DNA of 32,000 nucleotides from Bellilinea caldifistulae (GCF_001306055.1 NZ_LGHJ01000007.1:1-32000); one strand, 5' to 3'; numbered from the stretch's first letter, positions 22,017-31,865 are shown. Made by a program: numbers and translations. Notes: generated by a model not told the origin, from the letters alone.

Positions 22017-23621
22017 TTATGGATTCTTTACTGAGTTGCCTTTTACCTCTTTACTCTCCATCGTCTTCCCGTTTGAACTCTCTTTTTTAACCCCTGCGTA
22101 GTAATAATGGCTGTAATAGGACGCACTCTTAGGGGAAACGCCATTGATGATATAACCCAATATGTTGGCATTGGCTCGATTTAGTTGGTCTTTTATTTTT
22201 TTGAGTACATCCCGGCGGGATTTTCCTAAACTGATCACCGCCAGTACTCCATCAACCCGGGCCGAGAGTACAAGAGAATCGGAGATGATAAAAGGCGGAC
22301 CGTCAATAATGATGACATCCGCAATTTCCTTCAGCATTTCCAGAGTACGAAGCATTTCCTGAGACCCCAATTGTTCAGAAGGATTTGGGGGAGTTGTACC
22401 CGAGGGAAGTAGGAATACCTGATTTTTGAATAATGGGATCAGACACTCTTTTCCAATCTTACCGTCCAGTAATAAGTCACCCAACCCTTTTTTGTTTTTT
22501 AATTCGAATTTTTCATCCAACTCCGATTTATAAAAGTCAGCGTCAATGATGATCACGCGCTTTTTTGCCTTGGCTAAAGAAAGAGCCAGGTTGATAGCAA
22601 TGGTCGTTTTCCCCTCCGAATCACCAGGACTGGATATTAACAAAGTTTTGATGGTGTTTCCCAGTCCGAGAAATTCAAGATTGGTGCGGAGCGAACGAAA
22701 TGAATCGGTGATGGGTGAAAAAGGCTCTTCGTTGACATAACTGAGGGTCTCAACATCTTTGGGAAAGCGAGGTATCTCTCCTAATTGAGGCTTCTGAATA
22801 ATCCTATCAACTTCCTCCGAGGAATGGATCGCCTGGTCAATCCATTCAATAATATAGGCGCTTGCTGCAGCCAGGGCAAATCCGATCAATGCTGATGTCA
22901 ATACGGTGATCAAGCGGTTGGGTCCTATCGGCCGGCTGGGGATTTCGGCTGGCTCAATCACACTAAGGGTATTCAACGCTCCTCGAGAGCTGCTGGACAA
23001 TAAACGCCCGTAGTTTTCTTGAAGACTGGAGAGCTTGTTTTCGAGCGCGTTGATTTTTTGTTGGGTCTCGGTAATCAGGCTGGCACTGTTCAGACTTCCC
23101 AATTCAATTTTGAGTTTTTCTATTTCTGCGGTGGTGTCCGATATATTTTTTTCGAGGGTGGTCAATTGTTGTTCAATAAAGGATTGCCTTTCCAAGTCAT
23201 TATCCTGCATACCGGAAGGGCCGCGCTTGATGAGCTGTTTTGCAATTTCAGAGGCAACCGCTTGAGCGCGAACCGGATCGGAATCTGTGACGGTAATTTC
23301 AATCAATTGAGTATCCGGTAAGGCGCGTGCTGTGTAGGGCGGTATCCAGGTGAGATTCAATGACTCCATCACTGCCTTTCGTACCGGTTCACGGGTTGCC
23401 ATATCGGCATAAATGGAAGCCAATTGTTGTTCTAAAAAGAATTGTGAGGTGTTTGGGTTGGGGTTTGTGAGGGATTGACCAATAATAAGTGTTGTTCTGG
23501 ATTGATACATGGCTGGCTGACCCAGCGTGATAATAAAACTGGCTGCTGCAGCAATCAGGGAAGCTGCTAAAATCATCCACCACCACTTTAAAAGCGGGGC
23601 GTAGTATGGCTTTAAGTCCAT
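22017..23621 (-). CDS. Polysaccharide co-polymerase (Wzz-type, 2 TM + coiled coil) fused to a BY-kinase (tyrosine autokinase) domain
   Basis: N-terminal TM WWWMILAASLIAAAASFII. Coiled-coil region. Second TM LITVLTSALIGFALAAASAYII. Walker A SSPGDSEGKTT (22605-22625), Walker A' RVIIIDADF, Walker B VIIIDGPP. C-terminal Tyr cluster SASYYSHYYYAG. Confidence 0.9.
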   Translation of the reverse strand: MDLKPYYAPLLKWWWMILAASLIAAAASFIITLGQPAMYQSRTTLIIGQSLTNPNPNTSQFFLEQQLASIYADMATREPVRKAVMESLNLTWIPPYTARALPDTQLIEITVTDSDPVRAQAVASEIAKQLIKRGPSGMQDNDLERQSFIEQQLTTLEKNISDTTAEIEKLKIELGSLNSASLITETQQKINALENKLSSLQENYGRLLSSSSRGALNTLSVIEPAEIPSRPIGPNRLITVLTSALIGFALAAASAYIIEWIDQAIHSSEEVDRIIQKPQLGEIPRFPKDVETLSYVNEEPFSPITDSFRSLRTNLEFLGLGNTIKTLLISSPGDSEGKTTIAINLALSLAKAKKRVIIIDADFYKSELDEKFELKNKKGLGDLLLDGKIGKECLIPLFKNQVFLLPSGTTPPNPSEQLGSQEMLRTLEMLKEIADVIIIDGPPFIISDSLVLSARVDGVLAVISLGKSRRDVLKKIKDQLNRANANILGYIINGVSPKSASYYSHYYYAGVKKESSNGKTMESKEVKGNSVKNP

Positions 23622-23718
23622 TGTTGATCCTTCTCTAAATTCAATCGGTAACCCTCAATATCACCAAAATTGTAACCGGTTTTTTTTATAAATTCTATAA
23701 AATTTCTATAGAAATTGC

Positions 23719-24909
23719 TTATAATTTGGTCTCTGTGGTCTGACGATATAAATCTTCGAGTTTTTTTGCCACTTTCTTCCATGAATGTTCTCTTTCCACA
23801 TACTCTCTTCCGGCGTTGCCAATCTGGTTTCCAAGTTGAGGATTAGATAACATTTTTAAAATCGAATCAGCGTAGTGCTGAGCATCTTCTGCGATCATTA
23901 CTTGAACACCATCCGAGACGTTTAGAGCAGAAACAGCCAGGGGCGACGCAATGACGGGGGTAGCGCATGCCATTGCTTCCAACACCTTATTTTGAACACC
24001 TGCGCCATAGTTGAGCGGCGCAAGAGCAATGGAGGCTTTTTGAAGATAAGGCAGCATTTCGGGAACCGTTCCGGTGATTTTTATCTTGGGATTGACAGAG
24101 TACTGTTGAAGGGATGATGGCGGATCTTTCCCGACTACCCATAGTTCAACTTCTGGATTGATCTTCCAGACAAGGGGCATTATCCGGTTGATGGTAAATA
24201 ATGCCATGTCAATATTGGCGTGATAACTCATTTTTCCGCTGATAAGAATCACATTCTTTCGCCGTGTCTCTGCAGGTGGAGGAGAAAAATAATCTGTATC
24301 GACTCCATTGGTGAGGATCTCAACCGGACTGGAAGGCGAGAGTCGGATAAATTCATCTCGATCTTTTGATGAGGTCACCAGAATTTTATCGAATTGTGCG
24401 GAAAGGTAGCGTTCATACTTTTCTGTTCGCTGGAGTTCAAATTTCATTAACCAGCGAATGAGTTTTTGGGGGTGATTTTTTTGAGTTTGGCGGAACAGCA
24501 GGGTAATCGAATCGACGCTGTCCCAAATAATGGGAATACTAACGAGATTTTTGACTGCAAGTCCGTACTTTGCACCTCTTAAGTGTTCCACATGGACTAC
24601 ATCAAATTCTTGGCTAGCGAGGATTTTACGAAGATTTTTTGATAAATCCTTGCTCCAACTATAGACGGCTTGAAGGGGTTGATCGCTAGGCAAAGCAGAC
24701 AGGCAGTTGAGCATGGATCTCCAAACTGGCAACTTAAAACCAAATAATTCGAGGGTTTCGGCGCTGATAAGTTTTTCTGATGAGAATTCTCGTTCTTCCA
24801 GGTATAAAAGAGTAACCTTATGTCCAAGATTTAAAAACGATTTTATAAAATTGAACGAGCGAACTCGAATGGGGCTGGGGGTGTAAGGTACAACAAATAA
24901 AATATTCAT
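23719..24909 (-). CDS. Glycosyltransferase family 4 (GT-B, Glycos_transf_1)
   Basis: N-terminus MNILFVVPYTPSPIRVRSF. C-terminal donor-binding motif NYGAGVQNKVLEAMACATPVIAS. Confidence 0.88.
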   Translation of the reverse strand: MNILFVVPYTPSPIRVRSFNFIKSFLNLGHKVTLLYLEEREFSSEKLISAETLELFGFKLPVWRSMLNCLSALPSDQPLQAVYSWSKDLSKNLRKILASQEFDVVHVEHLRGAKYGLAVKNLVSIPIIWDSVDSITLLFRQTQKNHPQKLIRWLMKFELQRTEKYERYLSAQFDKILVTSSKDRDEFIRLSPSSPVEILTNGVDTDYFSPPPAETRRKNVILISGKMSYHANIDMALFTINRIMPLVWKINPEVELWVVGKDPPSSLQQYSVNPKIKITGTVPEMLPYLQKASIALAPLNYGAGVQNKVLEAMACATPVIASPLAVSALNVSDGVQVMIAEDAQHYADSILKMLSNPQLGNQIGNAGREYVEREHSWKKVAKKLEDLYRQTTETKL

Positions 24910-26243
24910 GAGTGTTTGAAGGCTTTGCCGTTTTGAATTTTTAGGAATAACTCAGAAACTCCAACTGCTGCAAATAAAATCAAAACCGCATCCACCGGTA
25001 AACGATATCGAATTAAAGTCCAAGTAAAAATATGAATAAGGCTGTATATGACAATAAAAAGAAATATCAAAAAGACCGGGGAATATATATTTACCTTTTT
25101 TTCCCCCTTCCTCGCGAGAGTAGTGATGATGCCCAATAGCATAAAAGGCAGGAAAAGTCCAAAGCTCCCGACGCGAGAGATGTTGCTCAAAATTGAGGAG
25201 TGGGGCGATGGCCAAAACATGAAATAAACAGGGATACGGCTCAAGGACAATAAAATATAGCGGACTGGCTCTTGAAAGACAAACTGCATGCCTCGTTTCA
25301 ACAACTCGCTATCGAGCGCTGCTTCATTCAGACCGTACAGCTCTTTGGGCAATAAGTCCAGGTAGGTGGATTGGGTCAATATTCCCTCAAAATGTGTGCC
25401 ATAAATGGGATGATTTGCCCAGTAAAATGCAAAACCTGCGTTCGTATTCAGTAAAACAAATTGACCGAATCGCTCGTAGTTATAGATCGTAAATGGCAGG
25501 ATAAACATGAGTATTACAAGAAAACTGATCGCACTAAATCTTATGGTTGATGCGAAATATTTTTTCTTGAGAACAAATAGGAGCCACAAATACAAAAAGG
25601 GCAAAAATAAAATAAAAGCCTGTCTCAACAGGATGGTCAAAGATGTTGAGATTCCTAAAAGAATTGCAAAAAGAATGGATTGACGGCGATTTTGCATAAT
25701 TCTATCGGAGTTTCTGGTAATCCAAATGGAAATCAGCAGGATTACTAAAATACCGGTTATGTAAAAAGGTTCGGTCATTAAGGTTGCCGAATAATAGACA
25801 AAATAAATATAGACGGCTGTAATTGCAGCAGCTAAAAGACCAACAAATGAATTAAAAGATAGTTTTCCAATGGAAAAAATTAAAACAGGGTGTAAAACTC
25901 CAACAATTAGTGCCTGCATTAAGCGAACCATCAATGGATGTGGGCCGAACAGCCAGTAGATGGCTGCAACAAAAAAGGAAAAAAGATAACTCCAGTGGGC
26001 AGTGGGTTCACCGGCCTGTGTTGCTGGCCACCAAGGGCGGTCAAACGTAAAACCCCAACCTTGCGAAAGGCGGATACCCAGTGTGTGATAACTGATTTGA
26101 TCGGAAACCCCGGGCATATCATTGATTTGATTTCCAAGAAATAAGGCTGCCCCAATTCGCACCATCACAGAAAGGGTGGTAATTATGATCAAGATTTTTA
26201 AGGTGTTTTTATTGTCACTGATCCAAAGGTAAAAGTTTCGCAT
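24906..26243 (-). CDS. GT-C fold glycosyltransferase, PMT_2/ArnT-like (family 39/83-like), about 11 TM
   Basis: First-loop acidic motif GVSDQISYHTLGIRLSQGWGF. Also WSYLFSFFVAAIYWLFGPHPLMVRLMQALIVGVL...LMTEPFYITGILVILL, as in ArnT/PMT_2 proteins. ATGA overlap with the downstream GT4 gene. Confidence 0.65.
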   Translation of the reverse strand: MRNFYLWISDNKNTLKILIIITTLSVMVRIGAALFLGNQINDMPGVSDQISYHTLGIRLSQGWGFTFDRPWWPATQAGEPTAHWSYLFSFFVAAIYWLFGPHPLMVRLMQALIVGVLHPVLIFSIGKLSFNSFVGLLAAAITAVYIYFVYYSATLMTEPFYITGILVILLISIWITRNSDRIMQNRRQSILFAILLGISTSLTILLRQAFILFLPFLYLWLLFVLKKKYFASTIRFSAISFLVILMFILPFTIYNYERFGQFVLLNTNAGFAFYWANHPIYGTHFEGILTQSTYLDLLPKELYGLNEAALDSELLKRGMQFVFQEPVRYILLSLSRIPVYFMFWPSPHSSILSNISRVGSFGLFLPFMLLGIITTLARKGEKKVNIYSPVFLIFLFIVIYSLIHIFTWTLIRYRLPVDAVLILFAAVGVSELFLKIQNGKAFKHS

Positions 26244-26246
26244 AGT

Positions 26247-27455
26247 TTATAATTGGTAAATCTGATCGAGTTTTTTCAAAACAGCTTTCCAGTCGTAAAG
26301 TTTAGTTACCAATTCTCTGGCATTGTTTGCCAATCGAAGTTGTTCGTCAGGAGTTTCAATCAGGTGTTTCACTTTTCTAGCAAATTCAGCAGGGTCGTCC
26401 GCCACCAACACATGGGAGCCATTTTCAGCGGCAATGCCCTCCAGCCCAATGGTTGTGGTCACCACTGGGATTCCTCTTGCGAAGGCTTCCAGTATCCTTA
26501 CCCTCATTCCACCCCCAGCCAGAACAGGCACGACCATCACAGTAGAATTTTCCAAATAGGGGGTCAAGTCCTCAACATAACCAGTTATATCTATATCTGT
26601 TCCGAAGGGTTCGGCAAGAGAGAAAAAGTCTTTTGGAGGATTTTTTCCAATTACCGTCAAAGTTACATTGGGTATTTTTTCTTTGACTAATGGAAATACC
26701 TCCCGTAGGAACCACCTGATTCCGTCAGCGTTGGGAGGATAGTTTAGGGAGCCAATTGTCAAAATTTGATGAGTGTTCTGTTTCCGTTCCACGGGTTGAA
26801 GTTCCTGGGTGTTTACTGCAATTGGGATAACATGGATTTTGGACTTGAGAAAATCACCATCGGAATTGGGGAGTAATAAACTGCGGTCAAATTCGGTTAC
26901 GGTTAGCACATGATCTACTCTTTGAACCAGCTGCAACTCGTAATTTTTTAGTTTTTTTGCCTCTTGGGCAAGAAATGGACGTAATAATAGAGGGGAGGAT
27001 GAACGCATACGCTCCAATATAATCCAGGTAGCGTTATGCGCATCGAAGATTGTTTTTAAGTCTGGAGAAATCCCGTTCGGGCGTAAGATAAATTGCGCCA
27101 TATTGACCTGGTCAATGTGGATTACATCAAATTTTTCATCAGTTAGCAGATTCTTAATAGCGCCAGCCATGGATGAACGATAGTCTCTTTCGATTAAAAA
27201 GGGGGTTCTTTTTAGTTGACTGATTAGCAGTGAATAAGCATCACGTAGTTTTGTCCGTCGGAGAGATATTGGGATAACATTCTCGCATATTTTACGAATC
27301 TCGGGTAGAAATTTTTTTTCTTCTAAGCGAACAAAAGTTACCAATGTGATGGAATGACCCCGTTCTGCAAGATACTTAAGAACATGCCAGGTTTTGATTC
27401 GAGGACCGGCATCAGGAGGATAAGGAACGATTTGTGTAAGAAACAGGATTTTCAT
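26247..27455 (-). CDS. Glycosyltransferase family 4
   Basis: MKILFLTQIVPYPPDAGPRIKTWHVLKYL; C-terminal LAGGGMRVRILEAFARGIPVVTT. Confidence 0.88.
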   Translation of the reverse strand: MKILFLTQIVPYPPDAGPRIKTWHVLKYLAERGHSITLVTFVRLEEKKFLPEIRKICENVIPISLRRTKLRDAYSLLISQLKRTPFLIERDYRSSMAGAIKNLLTDEKFDVIHIDQVNMAQFILRPNGISPDLKTIFDAHNATWIILERMRSSSPLLLRPFLAQEAKKLKNYELQLVQRVDHVLTVTEFDRSLLLPNSDGDFLKSKIHVIPIAVNTQELQPVERKQNTHQILTIGSLNYPPNADGIRWFLREVFPLVKEKIPNVTLTVIGKNPPKDFFSLAEPFGTDIDITGYVEDLTPYLENSTVMVVPVLAGGGMRVRILEAFARGIPVVTTTIGLEGIAAENGSHVLVADDPAEFARKVKHLIETPDEQLRLANNARELVTKLYDWKAVLKKLDQIYQL

Positions 27456-27464
27456 TGGATTGAT

Positions 27465-28394
27465 TTATAAACGAGGAAGTGAAGAAATTAAGTATTTATA
27501 ATTTTCTCGAATTTGTTTTTGGTGATCCTTTTGCCGAGGGGTGATCCTGGCGCTTATTGGAGAAAAAGAAATTCGAATCAGCGATGCAACCAGCAAAATC
27601 AATTTGTAAATACCGGCTGCAACTTGACCTTGATGCTTCTTGAAAAATTGAGTTTTCGCCCGATAAAGTTGTAAAAACATCTCTCTGGCAAATTGCGAAG
27701 TGCTTTGACCTCCATAGTGAATTACTTTCGATTGGGGCACCCAATAACACTCAAAGCCCGCCTTGGCCAGTCGGTAACAAAAATCCACCTCTTCGGAATA
27801 CATGAAGAAATTCTCGTCGAGTCCCCCTAACGAATCCCAGGCGATTTTTTTAATCATCATACTTGTTCCCTGGATAACATCGCACTTGTGAGGCAAATTT
27901 CTGTTCCAGGTTGTTTGTGGATAAAGACCGATTGGAATCAGTTTATCCAGATGGAGTAACCGCCAAAGTTCTCGAAATAAGGTGGGGAATGGATAACAGG
28001 ACATTTGAAAACTGCCATCAGGGTTTTTCAGGTAAGAACCCACTGCACCCGCAGAAGGATTTTCAGAAAGGAAATAAACCAGCTCTTCGATTGCCTTATC
28101 TTCAACAATCGTATCCGGATTAAGCAACAAAAGATACTGTCCTTTTGCAATGGTGGCGCCCAGGTTGTTTGCAGCAGCAAACCCCAAATTTTTAGAGGAT
28201 TGGATGACAGGAATTTGCGGAAATTTTTGTTGGAGAGAACAAACGCTGTTGTCGATGGAGTTGTTATCCACAACAATGATTTCAAAAGGAACTTTACATG
28301 AATGCCCAACCAAACTTTCGATACAACTGGTCAAGTAATTTTCTACGTTGTATGAAACGATAATTATCGAAACAATTGGATCGAATTTATTCAT
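27465..28394 (-). CDS. Glycosyltransferase family 2 (GT-A)
   Basis: VSIIIVSYN, VVDNNSIDNS, LLLNPDT (DxD-type), GGLDENFFMYSEEVDFCYRL. Confidence 0.9.
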   Translation of the reverse strand: MNKFDPIVSIIIVSYNVENYLTSCIESLVGHSCKVPFEIIVVDNNSIDNSVCSLQQKFPQIPVIQSSKNLGFAAANNLGATIAKGQYLLLLNPDTIVEDKAIEELVYFLSENPSAGAVGSYLKNPDGSFQMSCYPFPTLFRELWRLLHLDKLIPIGLYPQTTWNRNLPHKCDVIQGTSMMIKKIAWDSLGGLDENFFMYSEEVDFCYRLAKAGFECYWVPQSKVIHYGGQSTSQFAREMFLQLYRAKTQFFKKHQGQVAAGIYKLILLVASLIRISFSPISARITPRQKDHQKQIRENYKYLISSLPRL

Positions 28395-29805
28395 TCGCTT
28401 GAAAATTCTGCTTTTTCCTTAATTCGATAAATACCAAAGCACCCATAAAAACCCAGCCCAAAACACTTGCCCGGAATCCTTCCATGCCCACATTGTAGAC
28501 AAAGGGAATAACCCAATCACCAAACATACCTGCTGCTAACACTCCACCCACTCCCCCTAACGCAGAGTAAACAAAGGCATATTCAAAATTTTGGTTTTCG
28601 ATTAATTTTCTGGCGCGCCATCCGGATGAAAAAATTTCGAATATGAGCCAAAAATAGGCAGCCAAACCCAGAAGTCCAATCTGAGCCACAATGTCAATGT
28701 AGTTATTGTGTGAATTGAAACTGACCGAATATCCCAAGATTCTGTAGAAAGGTGTAAAAAAGTAATAGTTTGAAGGCCCCAGCCCGAAAATGGGATTTGC
28801 TTTAATAATTTCCCCTAAAATTTTCCATGCCTCAAGCCGGGTGACTAAACTATACTCGTTATCACCGCCCATAATCAGGTCGTTGGTAAACTGCGAGGAG
28901 ATTAAGAAGAGCAATCCTCCAAGGCCTATCAACGGAATGGTCAATTTCGGTCTGGTAAAGAGAACCACAAAAAAGACTGCTACTAAAGCTGGAAACCATC
29001 CTGATGTCCAGGATTGTTTCATAATAAACAGATTGTAAAGTATTGCAATGGCGCTAAAGCCTAATAAAATTCGTAATTTCGGTGAAAGACCATGATTTAA
29101 GTAAGCCTGACCGAATGTCAAAACCAATAACCAGAGCCAGAATAGACTGTCCAAAACTGCTCGTTGAAAAAAACGATTGACATAAGGGCGAAATGGAGGG
29201 ATAAGAAAAGCAAAATTATAAATTCCTCCCAGGATGATAAATACCCAAACCGTGGCTTGCAACCACTTCAGGTCGGTTAATCGGTGGATGGTAACAATTA
29301 AGGTTAGGGTTAGCAAAATAAATAACGACAGACCGCCCAGTTGGGAGAAAAGTGAGGCGGATCTGCCCGGATACCAGGGTAATTGACCAAAGAGAAAGGC
29401 AATTATCGCCACTATAATCAATACAATTGACGGTTTAATTACAGCCGCAGGTAACAGGCGAATTTGTTTTTGCCTGGTGAGCATATCGAATACCCATAAT
29501 CCAATCATGCCGATTGAAACAATCATGGCACTATTGATACTGGTTTGGGTGCCTGTGCTGATCCGAATAGGTACGATAAGACTTGCCATTATTAATATCG
29601 GGAAGCCGGCGCCGGGCCATTTCAGGAGTACCAATGCACCGAGGATCACCACGAAAAACCCGATAAAAAAATAAGCCAGTAGATTGCCCATCGCCAGCAT
29701 CGGCGAGAGAATGGCGATAAGAATTAGCAAAACCGGGATCACAATCCATTTGAACAAAGGATGATCGGGATTGAAAAATTGAGCTGAGTTTGGAATGGAT
29801 TTCAT
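28387..29805 (-). CDS. Wzy_C / O-antigen ligase-polymerase family membrane protein (about 12 TM)
   Basis: Polytopic protein with the characteristic loop SFNSHNNYIDIVAQIGLLGL. Preferred start is the ATG at 29805 (MKSIPNS), which overlaps the upstream TAA as TAATG. The track's ORF extends to 29862, inside the GT4 gene. Confidence 0.8.
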   Translation of the reverse strand: MKSIPNSAQFFNPDHPLFKWIVIPVLLILIAILSPMLAMGNLLAYFFIGFFVVILGALVLLKWPGAGFPILIMASLIVPIRISTGTQTSINSAMIVSIGMIGLWVFDMLTRQKQIRLLPAAVIKPSIVLIIVAIIAFLFGQLPWYPGRSASLFSQLGGLSLFILLTLTLIVTIHRLTDLKWLQATVWVFIILGGIYNFAFLIPPFRPYVNRFFQRAVLDSLFWLWLLVLTFGQAYLNHGLSPKLRILLGFSAIAILYNLFIMKQSWTSGWFPALVAVFFVVLFTRPKLTIPLIGLGGLLFLISSQFTNDLIMGGDNEYSLVTRLEAWKILGEIIKANPIFGLGPSNYYFFTPFYRILGYSVSFNSHNNYIDIVAQIGLLGLAAYFWLIFEIFSSGWRARKLIENQNFEYAFVYSALGGVGGVLAAGMFGDWVIPFVYNVGMEGFRASVLGWVFMGALVFIELRKKQNFQANE

Positions 29806-31004
29806 TATGAATTGGTAAGCGAATTTATCGTCTGGTTTAACTTTTGTCCAATGACACGCCAATCATAAACTTTTTCGACTAACATGCGCCCTTCCTGCAC
29901 AATTTTTTCTCTAAAGTTCTGGTCTTGCAGGATTTGAACAGTTTTATTTGCAAAATCTTCAGGGGTATTTGCCAGCAAAAGATGTTGACCATGGTTGACT
30001 TCCAGCCCCTCCGCACCTTTTGGGGTTGTGACCACAGGGGTACCGACTGCCATGGCTTCCAACACCTTCAGACGAGTGCCTGCGCCATGGCGTAATGGTA
30101 CCACACAGGCAGCGCACGAAGATACCAAAGCATGAATATCTTCGACAAACCCGGTGAAAATTACCTTGCCTTGATAGTCGGGAAGTTTGTGTGTATCCAC
30201 GGCGTCATTCTTCCCCGTAATTAGAATTTCGCAATCGGGTATTGATTTTAGGATGAGGGGAAAAATATCAGAAAGGAAATAATCCATCGCGTCGAAATTT
30301 GGCCAGTAGCTCAAGGAGCCATTAAAAATCAATTTATGATTGAATTTATGGATGGTTCGAGGTGGGGACAACTTAATTTCTATACCGTTTGGAATTGGAA
30401 CTATTTTTTCTTTGCTAAGATCAATATATTCAACAGCACGGGATTTATCCAGGTCCGAGCAGACCAAAGCCAAGTCAAATTTTTGGTAAAGGTGATTTTC
30501 GTAATTCTTAAACTTCCGGTAAGCCAGATAACGCCTTTGTTTTTGGAAAAAACCCTGAGCATTTATGTACAAATCTCTTAACATCAAAGCTAATAAGTTG
30601 TCCATATCCACAACCCGAAGGGTTTTGGTAATTTGTAATGCATATGGAGCGGTTACAAATGTTAGAGCAAAAAGCAAATCGGGTTTCCATTTCCTGGCAA
30701 ATTCTTGTACGGCTCCAGCCATTTTTGCGGAATAACCAGCAACAACTGCGCTTGGTCGAGTGGAAAAAAAGCCCAGCCACGTTTTGAATTTTGAATAATG
30801 AAACGGATTTTGGTCAACGATGATTACCTCTTTGCAGTATTGATGAAGATGTTCAATCCATTCGTCTTTCACATCCATGTCTTTAAACGATATCACCGCA
30901 ACCTCGTGTTCCTGACTGAGGCTGCGGATCATGTTATAAGCCCGGATTTTGCTTCCTTGAATGGGGGGATATGGGAACCAGGTTGATAATATCAGAATTT
31001 TCAT
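29805..31004 (-). CDS. Glycosyltransferase family 4
   Basis: MKILILSTWFPYPPIQGSKIRAYNMIRSL; C-terminal RHGAGTRLKVLEAMAVGTPVVTT. Confidence 0.88.
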   Translation of the reverse strand: MKILILSTWFPYPPIQGSKIRAYNMIRSLSQEHEVAVISFKDMDVKDEWIEHLHQYCKEVIIVDQNPFHYSKFKTWLGFFSTRPSAVVAGYSAKMAGAVQEFARKWKPDLLFALTFVTAPYALQITKTLRVVDMDNLLALMLRDLYINAQGFFQKQRRYLAYRKFKNYENHLYQKFDLALVCSDLDKSRAVEYIDLSKEKIVPIPNGIEIKLSPPRTIHKFNHKLIFNGSLSYWPNFDAMDYFLSDIFPLILKSIPDCEILITGKNDAVDTHKLPDYQGKVIFTGFVEDIHALVSSCAACVVPLRHGAGTRLKVLEAMAVGTPVVTTPKGAEGLEVNHGQHLLLANTPEDFANKTVQILQDQNFREKIVQEGRMLVEKVYDWRVIGQKLNQTINSLTNS

Positions 31005-31019
31005 CGTTATTGGGTTTTA

Positions 31020-31832
31020 TTAATCTTCAAAAAAGGTTGACCATTCGGTATTCTGAAACTTGATTTTCAAGTCTTCGTAGTTTTGGATAATTTCCGAAAG
31101 AGGTTTTTGGATTTGTTTAAAGGTTTGGGCTTGAACTGGATATTCTGGGAGACCTAAAAACTGTTGGATTTTCTGAATTTGTCCAGTGGTATTTTCAGAA
31201 AGGTCTTCATAAATGACTTCAATCATTGGATGGTCTTTAAAAAACGAGTCGGCTTCCTGTTCCCATTGGCGTGTTTGAATAAAATCCTTCAAAAGAGCAT
31301 CGTAATCGAGTTGGTAGGATTGAAGATGAGTTTCTTTACCGTTAGTATTGACCCACTGGCCAGTTTTTACCGCATTCTCACGGGAAAGATGGGTTCTGAG
31401 AATGTTTCTTCTTTTGATATGAATGATGCGAATATCTTTTTGATTATTGATAGTATGCCAGATTTGGGCAAAGGGATTTTCTCTTGCATGGTAATAAAAT
31501 AACTTAAAGCCCAATGCTTGATATTTGGCTGGTATTTTACGAAAGACAATTTCCTCAAGAAATTTTTGAGGATCGTTTTGATAAACTTTGACAATTCTTG
31601 TAGTGGTTGGGAATTCCGGGTGGTCAAAATCAATTGCATCCTGGTTGCGAAATATTTCCCCTAAAACCAAAGCGGCAGGATGAGAATTGAGCAGACTTCG
31701 TAGAAAGTTACTTCCAGTGCGGGAGCGTCCCAAAATAATGAATTTTGTATAGGTGCGGGTTGTGGGGAAAAAACCAAATTCCCATGCAATTTCTTTTATT
31801 TTCATTCGTTGTTTATGGAAAAATTGTCTCAT
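31020..31832 (-). CDS. Stf0-like / Sulfotransfer_3-type PAPS-dependent sulfotransferase
   Basis: 5'-phosphosulfate-binding loop FIILGRSRTGSNFLRSLLNSHP (31707-31730). 3'-phosphate-binding region IIHIKRRNILRTHLSRENAVKTGQW, matching the Stf0 pattern R.n.l...S...A..tG.W. An alternative start is the ATG at 31805. Confidence 0.72.
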   Translation of the reverse strand: MRQFFHKQRMKIKEIAWEFGFFPTTRTYTKFIILGRSRTGSNFLRSLLNSHPAALVLGEIFRNQDAIDFDHPEFPTTTRIVKVYQNDPQKFLEEIVFRKIPAKYQALGFKLFYYHARENPFAQIWHTINNQKDIRIIHIKRRNILRTHLSRENAVKTGQWVNTNGKETHLQSYQLDYDALLKDFIQTRQWEQEADSFFKDHPMIEVIYEDLSENTTGQIQKIQQFLGLPEYPVQAQTFKQIQKPLSEIIQNYEDLKIKFQNTEWSTFFED

Positions 31833-31865
31833 ATTGACCCATGAGGTAACCGATGGTGATAATGG

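Noticed and set aside
23674-23688. aaccggtt followed by a T-run as a possible terminator
   Set aside because: The 8-nt palindrome has no loop and cannot form a stable hairpin. In addition, the T-run is on the plus strand while all flanking genes are transcribed on the minus strand.
26253-26690. 145-aa plus-strand ORF, plus ORFs at 26323-26559, 28005-28301 and 31164-31502, opposite the glycosyltransferase and sulfotransferase genes
   Set aside because: These are shadow ORFs on the antisense strand of genes with clear family motifs. They have no start context and no recognisable domains.
29806-29862. 19-codon N-terminal extension of the Wzy-like ORF overlapping the upstream GT4 gene by 58 nt
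   Set aside because: The ATG at 29805 forms a TAATG stop/start junction with the GT4 gene, which matches the coupling style of the rest of the operon. The extension is hydrophilic and unnecessary for the first TM helix.
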